From assembly GCF_963921235.1 (NCBI RefSeq), contig NC_086098.1:191456001-191520000 (forward strand): DNA of 64,000 nt, given 5' to 3'. The position numbers and the translations under genes are program-made. Each line of letters opens with the position of its first letter. The first letter of the stretch is position 1. The stretch is from Mobula hypostoma. Taxonomy: Eukaryota. Shown here one piece after another: positions 25,050-37,009 of this stretch. The notes beneath the pieces were generated by a model. The model did no database searches. It was not told where the DNA came from and worked only from the letters and a program-made list of their open reading frames with translations.

Positions 25050-25660
25050 TCAGAATCAGGTTTACTATCAACGTGACATGAAATTTGTTAACTTAGCAGC
25101 AGCAGTTCAATGCAATACATAATCTAGCAGAGAGAGAGAAAGAAATAATAAATTAAATAAACAAGTAAATCAAATATGTATATTGAATAGATTATTTTTT
25201 TAAATGTGCAAAAACAGAAATACTGTATATTTTAAAAAAGTGAGGTAGTGTCCAAAGCTTCAAAGTCCATTTAGGAATCGGATGGCAGAGGAAAAGAAAC
25301 TGTTCCTGAATCACTGAATGTGTGCTTTCAGGCTTCTCTACCTCCTACCTGATGGTAACAGTGAGAAAAGTGCTTGCCCTGGGTGCTGGAGGTCCCTAAT
25401 TATGGATGCTGCCTTTCTGAGACACCGCTTCCTAAAGATGTCCTGGGTACTTTATAGGCTAGTGCCCAAGATGGAGCTGACTAGATTTACAACCTTCTGC
25501 AGCTTCTTCTGGTCCTGTGCATTAGCCCCTCCATACCAGACAGTGATACAGCCTGTCAGAATGCTCTCCACGGTGCAACTATAGAAGTTTTTGAGTGTAT
25601 TTGTTGGCATGCCAAATTGCTTCAAACCCCTAATAAAGTATAGCCGCTGTACTTTGCTGC
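25050..25660 (-). mobile_element. Rex1/Babar-type LINE 3' fragment
   Basis: QRLYFIRGLKQFGM...NFYSCTVESILTGCITVWYG...KKLQKVV, followed by an AT-rich 3' UTR and (CTGATT)n-type tail. Confidence 0.85.
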
Positions 25661-26071
25661 TCAATTCTGCTCAATGTGCCAAAAGGTGCGAAAAGGAACA
25701 ACGGAACAAGTACAAGTTCAGATCGTATGTTGTGCTTTAGTTCGGAGGCAAGTAGCAGCATGGCAGATCAGCTTTTAACAGTTGCCGATTGATCTGCCCA
25801 CAATTGCATTGGGTGCAGATTAACAATGAGTCCCACTTGCCTCCATGTCATGTGACACCAGACTCTGTCTTCATTATCCACACTGTAATTTAATGGCGAT
25901 GAGGGTAAAATGCAATTATCTGATCAATTTCAGTTACCCTGGCAACCAAGTGTTGTACCACTGCATCATTGTGAAAACAATTAATTCCTTTTATTGTTTT
26001 GTATCAAGGTAGCTTCAATTTTGAATGCATTTGTGTAGAGCTAGGCCTGGGCATTAATATTATGCTTCAAT

Positions 26072-26150
26072 CAGGGGTTCCCAGCCTGGGATTCACAGAC
26101 CGCTCAGTTAATGTTAAGGCTCCATGGCATAAAAGAAGTTGGGAGCCCTG
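26072..26150. mobile_element. Short hAT-like MITE
   Basis: Terminal inverted repeats CAGGGGTTCCCA / TGGGAGCCCTG (imperfect), 79 bp; no clean target-site duplication. Confidence 0.5.
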
Positions 26151-26409
26151 GTTTAAACCATGTAAAAACTCTTTGCTTAGCTGGTTTGCATTAGGTGTGG
26201 GAGTATGTTCTGCATTAGAAGTACCAGTGAAGGCCCAAAACATCAGCTATTTACTCTTTTCCATAGATGTTGCCTGAGCTGCTGAGATCCTCCAGCATTT
26301 TATGTTGTTGCTTGGATTTCCAGCATCTCGTGTTGGTGAAGTACTGGTCTGCTGATATTCAGTGAAGACTCTAGGCAATAGTTTGTTGATATGTGGACTA
26401 TGTTGGTGT

Positions 26410-27830
26410 TCATTCCCATTCCTTAATTGTTCTTGAGAAGGTGATGGTGAACTGCCAGTGTGAATCACTAGAAGCTTTCTAGTGAAGGTACTCCTGCATT
26501 GTGGTTGGGAGGGGAGTTCCAAATTTAGAGCCAACACCAGCAACGTGGAGGTGAAGCTGAAGGTGGTGGTGTTCCTATGTGCCTGCTGCACTAATGTAAT
26601 TGGAGTCACCAACAAAAGTGCTTTTAGTGCCCGCTGTAGCCAATGAGCACTGATAAGGGAATGGGTCATTTGGATAATGGAGGAGATACCGACTATGTGG
26701 GCTGCTTTTCCAGCTTCTGAGTGTTGTTAGATCTGGTCTAATGGAGAACATTCCAGCATCCTCTTGACTCACGCCTGCAGGGCATGTTTCAGGAAGTGAA
26801 TCACTCACCACAGGATACACAGCCTCTGTCTTTTCTTATGGCTAGTTTGCTGAGTTTTGGTCAGTGATGACTCTTGGGATGCTGCTGGTGAAGGGCTCAA
26901 CAGTGATAATACTGCTGAACAGTAAGGGTCGGATTCTTTGTGGTTGGAGGTGGTCATTGTCTGGCAATTCAGTGGTACGTAAGTTTCTTAACCTAAAGTG
27001 CATCAGCTTCAGCTTATTTCTGAGCAATGTCCAAGATTGTGGGCATGGTATGAAACATTTTCCAGTCAGAGTTGCACAGCAAAGGAACAGGCCCATTGGC
27101 CCATTTCATCCATGTCAACCTTGATGCCTCCCTAAGCTAATTCCATTTCCTGAAGTTTGACGGATATTCATCTGAGCCATTCCTATCGATATATCTCTCT
27201 AAATATCTTTTAGACTTTGTAATTGGAGCTGCTTCTAAAGCTTCCTCTAGCAGCTTGTACCATTCACCCACCACCCTCAGTGTGGAAAAAGTCACCCCTC
27301 AGGTCCCTTTTAAGTCTTTTCCCTCTCACCTTAAACTTATGCCTCTAGTTTAGACTCCCTTACCCAGGAAATAGACAATGACCATTCACTTTCTCTATGT
27401 CCCGCAGCAGTGGACATTCTCACGCTGGCCTTATGAAGACTGGAAAGTCAGCTGATGGTATGTGGCTGGGCTCAGGACAATCCTGTGAGGAACTCCTTCA
27501 GTGATATCATGTGGCTGCAAGTATCAACCACTAACAACAACCAGCTTACTTTGTCTGAGATATGACCTCAACAACAAAAGTGTTTTGTCTTGGTGCTCTT
27601 TTTCATTGGCAATCTATAACACCACATTGCTGCCTTGATGTTAAAGCAGTCATTCCCACTTCTACTGCCGAGATTCAGCTCTTTAATCCATCTTTGGCAG
27701 CATCAGCCTGTTTGTGCTTGAACGTAGAGAGATTGGACCATAAATAGCTGGACTGAATTTGGCCTTTTTGTGAATAGGAGATAACCAGTTAATTTTCCAT
27801 ATTGCCAGGCATTTGCTAGTTTTGTAAATC
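26410..27830 (-). mobile_element. Ancient CR1/L2-superfamily LINE remnant with nested CR1 3' end (~27060-27400)
   Basis: Decayed CTTGAGAAGGTGATGGTGA..TGCC / GGGAGGGGAGTTCC motifs; the nested CR1 3' UTR has GGCCCATTGGCCCA and ACCACCCTCAGTGTGGAAAAA. Confidence 0.45.
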
Positions 27831-28449
27831 GATTCGAACAATTTGATTTTAGATCATTGAGTTCCAGCAAGTTAGTTGATCTCTTTTATGATTACTAAAC
27901 TGTTTTTTATCAAAGTTCAAAGACTCAAAGTACATTTATTAACAGAGTATATATGCAATATACAGTCCTAAGATTTTTCCTCCCACAGACAGCCAAGAAA
28001 CAAAAGAAACCACAAAGTCATTGAAACAATCTAGGACTGTTCATTATTTTCTGTGAGAAGATTTATAATATTAAGATTCTGATGCTGGAAATAAATGCAG
28101 AATTAAATTTGCATTAACATTCGGACTTTCCTGGTATAAATTGTGGTGCAAGCATTTATCTTTATGACTTGCAGCCTTTGAAATAGGTTTTTTTTGGTTG
28201 GTCCAAATGTGACAAACCAGGCAAACAAGTTATTGTGTGTTAAACTAACAAGACTGTAAACAATTACATGCCTGCATTTCCATTCTGCCTAAGATGGTGT
28301 ATTTTTCATATACCCAAAATCATAGATTGTTTGCACCTTCTCCCTCACTCCATTCCCACAAAGAACATTTCAATCTGAAACAAATAATTATCAATCCATT
28401 TTGCTACATGATAGCTAATATGATATGGTTATAGCATCTACTCACAGAT

Positions 28450-29345
28450 CCATTGGTAGCATTCTCACCTTTGAAAATCTAGTTTTCAAGTCATGATAGA
28501 AATCTAGGTCAACACTTCAGAGCAGTATTGAAGAAGTCCTATCAGTCTTGCCATCTCTCAGATGAGATCTTAAGCACAGACCCATCAGCTATCTCTGCTG
28601 GTCTTGAAAGATCCCTTGCCGTGGTTGTGAAGAGGAGGAAAGGAAATATTTCCAGTATACTGGCCAAAGTTTCATCCTCTGTCTACATTGCTAAAAGGAA
28701 ATTAGATTCTTATTATCACACTGTTCTCCAGAAGAACTCCTTATAGGCAAATTGACTTTCATAGATAGACAGGTACTTTATTGATCCCAAAGGAAATTAC
28801 AATGTCATAGTAGTATTACAAGTGCACAGATATACAAATATTAGAAGAGAAGAAAGAATGAAAAATAAGTTACCTCAATCTGTCTAACAGATGGTCATCA
28901 CTTCCCTGACTCATTATAGAGCCTAATGGCCGAGGGGAAGAATGACCTCATACGGTGCTCTTTGGAGCAGTGAAGTTGGCTTGGTCCTGAAACAGACACT
29001 ATGTCGCAAGCTCTGCTCTGGGAAGAGATTTGAAATGAAAAAGGCTCAAAGGTGTTGACTTTTGTAAATCTCTAGCCCATGATCTCTAAAAGTGAAGAAG
29101 GAGTATTCACCATGATATCTAGAGTCCTTGAATCCATGCATTAGGAGGACAAGCAAACACTGTGTTATTGGACCAATTACAGTCACTTCTTTCAGGGTAC
29201 AGAAAACCAGAATAGTAGATCTTTGATCCTGAGAGACTGCCTATGACGAACATGGTGACTACACATCAAGTACATTTCATTGCAATCTAAAGGATTTTGT
29301 GATGTCCTGAATTCATGTAAAGCACCACGCATCTGTCTTTTAGTC
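28450..29345 (+). mobile_element. Deu-domain SINE (SacSINE1/AmnSINE-like) remnants, interrupted by a LINE tail at ~28765-28985
   Basis: Ordered decayed matches to the recalled Deu domain (GCAGTA.TGA.G..., CAGATGAGA..TTAA, AAAGATCCC.TG, TGGCCAA..TT..TCC.C, ATTATCACA.TG.T) and tail (GTGACTACAC.TCAA...GATGTCCTGA). Confidence 0.55.
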
Positions 29346-29984
29346 TGTCCTCTTGTAGTTCAGGGTTAAAAGTCAAAACCATTCCATTTCTTGGATGACT
29401 TCATCAGGGATTTTCGTAGCAATAAAGCATGAGTCAGAAGGAAACAGATGTCATCCAAGACTTGTTCATGGTTAGAAATGGATAAAGCATGCATTCTCTC
29501 GAGAGCAGTTTCTCTGAGATAAAAAAAATTGAGTCTAAATATTGAAACAGAATGTGGTATGATGCAAGATGCATTCTTTCAATTAATTTTGGGTTTGTGT
29601 CGATGTGGATGTAGAAAATCCTCCTGGCCTCTGTGCTTACCACGTCAGCTGAGAATTTCTCCACCTGTTTGTGGTAGGGGGTCACTTCTGTGAGTGAGGA
29701 AATATCTCAGATTTGTTCTGAAAATGTCCAAGGCAGATTTCAGTTATTCACCATTTTATTCTTTGTGAAGTTATTCATTTAATTTAATTTGTTCTTAAGG
29801 TAATTTTCTGACGTCAGAAAATATCCTGCAGTCAGTGAATAATCAAGTTGGTTTACATATCACAGGCCCCGCTTCCAAATACAGGGACTTGTGCACTGAA
29901 GGTTAACAGATTTTACTCTGTCCTCTGGGATGTGGTGAGCCAAAAATCTAATCCTGGAATTAGTTTTTATCAGGGACACTGTAT

Positions 29985-30230
29985 TTCTCATAGATTCATA
30001 CAGCCCAGAAACAATCCCTTTGCCCCACTGAGAGTGTGCTGACCATCGACCCACTTGTGCTAATCCTATTTAATTTTCTCCATGTTCACATCAACCCCCC
30101 ACTGGACTCTACCACTCACATACTCAAGAGGTAATTACAGTGGCCAGATACCTATCACATCTTTGGGATGATGGAAGGAAACCGAGTACCCAGAGGAAAC
30201 CCATGAATATCACAGGGAGAATGTTTAAGT
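29985..30230 (-). mobile_element. HE1/V-SINE-type SINE fragment
   Basis: TCTTTGGGATG...AAACCGAGTACCCAGAGGAAACCCATG...CACAGGGAGAATGT. Confidence 0.6.
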
Positions 30231-30648
30231 CATGGTAACTGTAGCAGCAGGAACCAGATCAATTGGATTATAGAAGCCCCTCTTCTTTATTGCTGTTCCC
30301 TGCTTCTAGCAATGCGGCTCCAGGGTTTACTCTGGAATAATCAAGTAAGTAAGAATCAGTAAATGTTGGAAGTGCATAGGTTTATTTTATAGTAGTAAAC
30401 AAAGTTATTTTAAGTAGTAAAGCAAGAAATGTGTTTCAGTCAATCCATTTTATTTAAGTGACAGAAGTACAAAAAAGCACTGGAACTCACCAGGGATAGA
30501 ATATTTTCCATCAAATCACAAGAACCAAACGGTTTACATGTCATTAGACTGTTAAGGTTTAGAAGTAGGGAGCTATTTGAAAAAAAAACGAAGTATAATT
30601 GCGAGGGATTCAGAGTAAGGAACTGAATGTTTAACTGTCCCTAAACAG

Positions 30649-30900
30649 CTGGAAGGTAGGGCTGGGAAACTGGCTTCTGAGAAGGCTCCTAGTGATCTGA
30701 AGGCCACCCTGAAGTGGGAGAGGGAAGAACATCAGCAGCTACTTGCGGAGTCGTACAGTGCAGTCATGGACCTAACGCAGCAGCTTCAAATCAGTGAGAA
30801 GAACTGGAGTCAGGAAAAGTTGGAGCTTCTTGATCGATTTAACAATGAACGGAGCCACAGTGAACAGCGTCTGAAGGAAATGCAACACAAGATCAATCAG
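30649..30900 (+). CDS. SOGA1: SOGA1/MTCL2 coding exon (coiled coil)
   Basis: ccctaaacag| LEGRAGK...EREEHQQLLAESYSAVMDLTQQLQISEKNWSQEKLELL...KINQ |gtaagt (consensus donor). 252 nt, phase 0/0. Confidence 0.95.
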
Positions 30901-33685
30901 GTAAGTACAAAGGAGTTTCTGATTGATTTAAAAATCTTATTGCTTTCAGATGGTTTCTGGATGTGTGTTAATGTTTTCAGTAAGAAACGTGAGTTTCCAG
31001 TATCACAGCCCCCAAAATAGATATGGGGGTGCTGGTTCTGACAGCAGCATCAGTTGCAAACTCAAGATTGCTGCTTTTTGCCAAGGTTCTCTGATTTCCC
31101 ATCATGTATAAACCTATGTTGTTAAGTGGAACAGCGCAGCAACGAATGGGAATTCCCATTTCCCAATTACACCAAGGACCCCATGTGCTGCAGTAGAAGA
31201 GCTGTTGCCTTTGGTGAGGTGTATCCAGTAGATAATAAACATTATTTTATTTTATGGTCATGAGAGGCTGTCTCACTGTGGATTTTAATTTAGTTTTTAA
31301 AATTTATGCAACTTATGGGTGGATTTTGCAAATTTGTTTTCCTGGCAGTGAATCGCACAAAGGGAACAAACCAGAAAAGACGCTGCTGTCTGCAAGAATT
31401 TGTCTCCTAGTAAATTTATAAAAAATGGACTACACATGCTTTAGGAAAGCACTACAATATTGTAAAGCTGTCCCAAGATCCTAGCCTTCCCCCACACTGT
31501 TGGCATCACTAAACTCTGTTCTCTGGAGAGTTTTCATGGGAGAAGCAGTACTAAATTGAGTTGTCTCATTATGGTGCATTTATCCTAATATTTATCTGCA
31601 ATTAATATCACTAAATATAAGCATTACCACAATGTCTAGCCAAGTGCTGATGCAGCATCATTACTGAATAATGGAACGTGTACATGTTGCTTAGCAAAAT
31701 GCAGAAGTGCTGCTGGAAGCCAGACATAAATACTGGTCACCACCTTTTTAGGAAAATGTGTTGGTGACACAAGAAGAGCCACTCAAATGCTCTGCATGGT
31801 GAAAGTTTGGCATCCAAATCATTGTATCTACTGCTGAGGTGTATGAAAGATCAAGGCCACTAAAATACCAAGTGAGGTCCTGCAGCCAGATAATGTATTG
31901 ACAAGGAATTAATTATAAGTGATGGGTTAGATTTGACATGTCTGAGACCAAGTCACAAAAAGACAGCACTTTATTATATCAAGCTGTCAGCACTTACCCG
32001 TCACAAAATGGATGAACTTGCCACATTACCACTTAATCCAATATTGTGCAGCATACATATTCATAATTCTTTAATATAAAAAGGGCCAAAGTAACTCAGT
32101 CTTTTTGCTTGTTGTCATGGCATCATAGGTGCCATTTCACCAATCCAAATATAAATAACACACAGCTTTATTTGCCCATTTTTATTTCCCTATCAGTTAT
32201 TTGTATCATGGCATAGTAAGACCCGATGTATTTTGCCACAGCATAAGCAAAGCACTCCTACTCTGTGGAAATTCTTGCTCAGTCTCCTAATTTAATGGGA
32301 ATGCATTGAATCGGCACACATACCAGTCAGGATGGAAGCAGAAATGCACCTGTTGTTCTTGGCTATTGCAGTCGTTCTCTCCAGCTGCTCCGGGAAATGG
32401 CAATTAAATGGTCCTGAGATTTTAAAGATTGTAAGGGAGGCAGTCTTAGAAAACTAACTCTTGGAAATCAGAGTCTAATTTTCAATGTTCAGTCTGCTCC
32501 TGTATTTTGATTTTCTCAGGAGCCTGGTCCTTTCTCCTTCAGCATTAAAGATCAAAGTACATTCATTATCAAAATATGTATACGTTATGTAATTGTGGGA
32601 TGCCTCTCCTTATAGGCAGACACAAAACAGAGAAACCCAAAATAACCTTTTTTTAAAAAATCATCAAACACACAATGTGCAGAGAGAGAGAAAAAAAAAC
32701 CAAATCATGCAAAAAATTAACGCAGGCGCATAGAGTTCGGAACTGAAGTCCACAAAGAGAGTCTGTCCACAGACCTTTAGTTCAGCACAGAGCGGAGAAC
32801 CAAGCTGAACCAGCCCATCTCTCACCTCCGTTCCTAACACCCTGACCTTTTCAATTTGGCCCAACGCCCAAATTGTCAACCAGACATCAAGTTCACTCAC
32901 TTCAGTACACTCTGGGGCCTGGGGCCCGGACCCTGCCACCTGGATTCAGCCTGTACCCGATTGTTCCAATTCGGCTGACTCTTAAATCAATCAAACCTCA
33001 GGTCTTCCTTGCTGTCAGCGAGGAGTCAGCTGCCCCACCTTAATTCAGTCCTGCCGCATTGAATTGCTTCCAAGTCCAAAGTGAAGTTGCAGGCTATTGT
33101 TTACGATGATTTTTTTTACTAGAAAAAGAGTGATTAACAAAGTACTTATTTCACTGACCACCAGCCAGAAGTTACTGAGATTCAACAGCAGTAGCAGTTA
33201 GATTGGAGACTGGCAGTGTTCCCCCTGCCTTCAATTCATAGATTACTGAATCTTCATCTTGTCTAGGCATGTCTCACCATGTTGCATTTATGGCAATGCA
33301 TAGGAGATCCCAATGAAGTGGAGTTTCTTCTCTCTAGAAATTGAGCATTGCAATAAATCTACTAAAAGGAAACTCTCTTCTCCAAAGGAGGAAAAAAAAA
33401 TTGACTGTGTCATCTTGGAAATATCCAGTGTTCAACACACTAATACAATGATACTTTTGTTTTAGAAATAGTTAGAATATACAAGATTGCGGCATAGAAG
33501 ACGAGAACAAGATGTTGGTTTCCATGGTACAATGCAATGAATATTTTCTTATTTATTGGGAGGTTGGGGATGGAATCTCACATTTATTATCTGTAATAGT
33601 TCACTTTGAATTTTGAGATATATGAAAATGCTAAATTCATTGCAGATTATCAATTATTTAGGAAAAGCTTTGCCATTTTAATATT

Positions 33686-33958
33686 GGCATGGCACAATAG
33701 CGTAGTGGTTAGCACAATGCTTTAAAGTACCAGCGACTGGGGCTTAATTCCCACCACTGTCTGTAAGGAGTTTGTACATTCTCCTGGTGACCAGGTGGGC
33801 ATCCTCCAGATGCTCTAGTTTCGACCCGCAGTCTAAAGACATACCGGTTGGTAGGTTAATGGGTAATTATAAATTGCCCCGTGATTAGGCTACAATTGGG
33901 CAGCGCAGCTCAAAGGACCGGACGGGTCAACTCCACACTGTATCTCAATAAATAAATA
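33686..33958 (+). mobile_element. HE1/V-SINE-type tRNA-derived SINE
   Basis: A-box TAGCGTAGTGGTTAGC, degenerate B-box, central GGAGTTTGTACATTCTCC...AAAGAC...GGTTAAT, and CTGTATCTCAATAAATAAATA tail. Confidence 0.8.
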
Positions 33959-34480
33959 TTATTAAAAGAGGAACAAATCCATCACCACGCCAAATCGCAT
34001 TGTCTTGTTTACATTTAATTCCCATAGGTCATAAGACAGAACATCACGGATCTTCTTTCCCTATTAAATTAGATTTTTTAAATAAAGAGTATAGTGGAAA
34101 ATTTCCTCTGCGCTGTTTGCAAATGAGCTTAGACAGTGTTGAAAAATGATACAGCATTTGGGGGGATATCCTCCCCCTCCTCACTCAGCTCTGCTGTGTG
34201 TAATTGCTGCATTTAAGTCATCCTCGACCCTGAGGTGAATGTCTTAGAAGAATAATTGCCGCATCGGTTGAATAAAGCAGAGATCAAAGACCTGCAGGAG
34301 CCCTGTGGCATTGGTACTTGTTGTCAGCCTAGTGTAAGGATCAGGTGGGTTTTGCACGTGCTCAGTGACCTTCAAATGTAGTCTCTGCAGTCTTGAGGAA
34401 ATCAAAATAGCTTAACCAGAACCTGCAAGCAGCCATTTTATAATTTCTAAGTCACATTACTTGCTTGTAATTTTTTTCAG

Positions 34481-34551
34481 ATGTTGCAGCATAAAAACAG
34501 CATAAAGGAAACTTCTGATGCATTGGAGGCAAAGGGAACTAATTTACAACG
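34481..34551 (+). CDS. SOGA1: SOGA1/MTCL2 small coding exon
   Basis: tttttttcag| MLQHKNSIKETSDALEAKGTNLQ-CG |gtaaat. 71 nt, phase 0/2; supplies the phase needed to form R(CG|A)AKSVSSMSEFE with the next exon. Confidence 0.85.
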
Positions 34552-35430
34552 GTAAATATTGTAGATCAAGAAATTAGATTGTAAGCATATAAATGTTCAT
34601 CATAAAATCAGCACCATCAAGCAGTTTCTTTGCTCACCCTAAGTTTAATACTTGGCCACAATCCAGATCACTTGCATTTTCTTTGCATTGAGCCAATCTT
34701 CATAAAAATTTAAAAATTCTGGTCCATAGGAAAATAGTAGCAGAAGTAGATCATGCAGTCACTCCTGGGTGATCAGTAGGTCAACCCCGCTTATTCTCCA
34801 ACTTCCATTTCTCTTTTGAATATGACAGTCCTTGATTTAAAATTTTCAGTTAACGCAGCATTCCACACTCTCTCGAGGCACTGTGGTTCAGATCTCCACT
34901 ATCTCTTGGGTGAAATTCTGCTGACCATTATTTTACAATTATACTTGCAGATTCGCCATGAAAGGAATTTGTTTCCGCATCTACCCACTGGAATCACTTT
35001 ATCGTTTTAACAACCAATTATAACAATGCTTAACTTTTTACAGGAATGACAAAACCCCTTTATGTAATCCAAATACTGAGTCAGTAACTATAATGAATGT
35101 GGGAGTGATGCTAAGTACATTGAAAGAACCACAGCAGATTTCCCTGTAGCTTAATCTCTCCGTCACCATATAACATTAGCATCACCCTCTGTTTCTATTC
35201 TCCACATACCTACACTGTCAGTTCATTTACATCCAGACTTTAGTGGCATAGGAAGTCCACCCTTGCAAAAGATTTGGAGTTAACAGGATTGCTTGTAATT
35301 TTCTTTACAAAAGCGGTGCAATATAGGGAAGTACAGCACAGAAGAAGGCTCTTCGGCCCATCTAGTCCATGCTGAAACCATTTAAACTGCCTGTTCCCAT
35401 CAACCAGCACTGGGACCATGCCCTCCATAC

Positions 35431-36815
35431 TTCGGTCGGTGGTGGGGAAACTGCTGGAGTCAGTTATCAAGGATGTGATAACAGCACATTTGGAAAGCGG
35501 TGAAATGATCGGACAAAGTCAGCATGGATTTGTGAAAGGAAAATCATGTCTGACAAATCTCATAGAATTTTTTGAGGATGTAACTAGTAGAGTGGATAGG
35601 GGAGAACCAGTGGATGTGGTATATTTGGATTTTCAAAAGGCTTTTGACAAGGTCCCACACAGGAGATTAGTGTGCAAACTTAAAGCACACGGTATTGAGG
35701 GTAAGGTATTGGTGTGGGTGGAGAATTGGTTAGCAGACAGGAAGCAAAGAGTGGGAATAAACGGGACCTTTTCAGAATGGCAGGCGGTGACTAGTGGGGT
35801 ACCGCAAGGCTCAGTGCTGGGACCCCAGTTGTTTACAATATATATTAATGACTTGGATGAGGGAATTAAATGCAGCATCTCCAAGTTTGCGGATGACACG
35901 AAGCTGGGTGGCAGTGTTAGCAGTGAGGAGGATGCTAAGAGGATGCAGGGTGACTTGGATAGGTTGGGTGAGTGGGCAAATTCATGGCAGATGCAATTTA
36001 ATGTGGATAAATGTGAAGTTATCCACTTTGGTGGCAAAAATAGGAAAACAGATTATTATCTGAATGGTGGCCGATTAGGAAAAGGGGAGGTGCAACGAGA
36101 CCTGGGTGTCATTATACACCAGTCATTGAAAGTGGGCATGCAGGTACAGCAGGCGGTGAAAAAGGCGAATGGTATGCTGGCATTTATAGCGAGAGGATTC
36201 GAGTACAGGAGCAGGGAGGTACTACTGCAGTTGTACAAGGCCTTGGTGAGACCACACCTGGAGTATTGTGTGCAGTTTTGGTCCCCTAATCTGAGGAAAG
36301 ACATCTTTGCCATAGAGGGAGTACAAAGAAGGTTCACCAGATTGATTCCTGCGATGGCAGGACTTTCATATGAAGAAAAACTGGGTGAACTGGGCTTGTA
36401 CTCGTTGGAATTTAGAAGATTGAGGGGGGATCTGATTGAAACGTATAAGATCCTAAAGGGATTGGACAGGCTAGATGCAGGAAGATTGTTCCCGATGTTG
36501 GGGAAGTCCAGAACGAGGGGTCACAGTTTGAGGATAGAGGGGAAGCCTTTTAGGACCGAGATTAGGAAAAACTTCTTCACACAGAGAGTGGTGAATCTGT
36601 GGAATTCTCTGCCACAGGAAACAGTTGAGGCCAGTTCATTGGCTATATTTAAGAGGGAGTTAGATATGGCCCTTGTGGCTACAGGGGTCAGGGGGTATGG
36701 AGGGAAGGCTGGGGCGGGGTTCTGAATTGGATGATCAGCCATGATCATAATAAATGGCGGTGCAGGCTCGAAGGGCCGAATGGCCTGCTCCTGCACCTAT
36801 TTTCTATGTTTCTAT
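35431..36815 (+). mobile_element. Young 5'-truncated CR1 LINE with uninterrupted RT ORF
   Basis: The 435-aa ORF 35418-36725 has QHGF, YLDFQKAFDKVPH, SGVPQGSVLGP, FADD and NFFTQRVV with no stop or frameshift; 3' hairpin and TTCTATGT-type tail. Inserted in an older minus-strand CR1 3' UTR (35325-35430 plus 36816-36850). Confidence 0.95.
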
Positions 36816-37009
36816 ACCCCTATCATCCATGTACCTGTCCAAACTTTTCTTAGTAGAGAGAAGTTATGCTTTCATTTGTAAATCACATAATTCCCTGGTA
36901 ACTTAACCTTGCCAAATCCAAAATAAAGTAGATTTGCACTATAATTTATTCATTATCCTATGCTTTTGTACAAGGAAAAGTAATTCATTTTTAAATGCAT
37001 TATTTTTAG

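Noticed and set aside
35418-36725. Host or domesticated reverse-transcriptase gene
   Set aside because: It has a CR1 3' UTR and tail, is 5'-truncated and interrupts another repeat; a recent insertion explains the intact frame.
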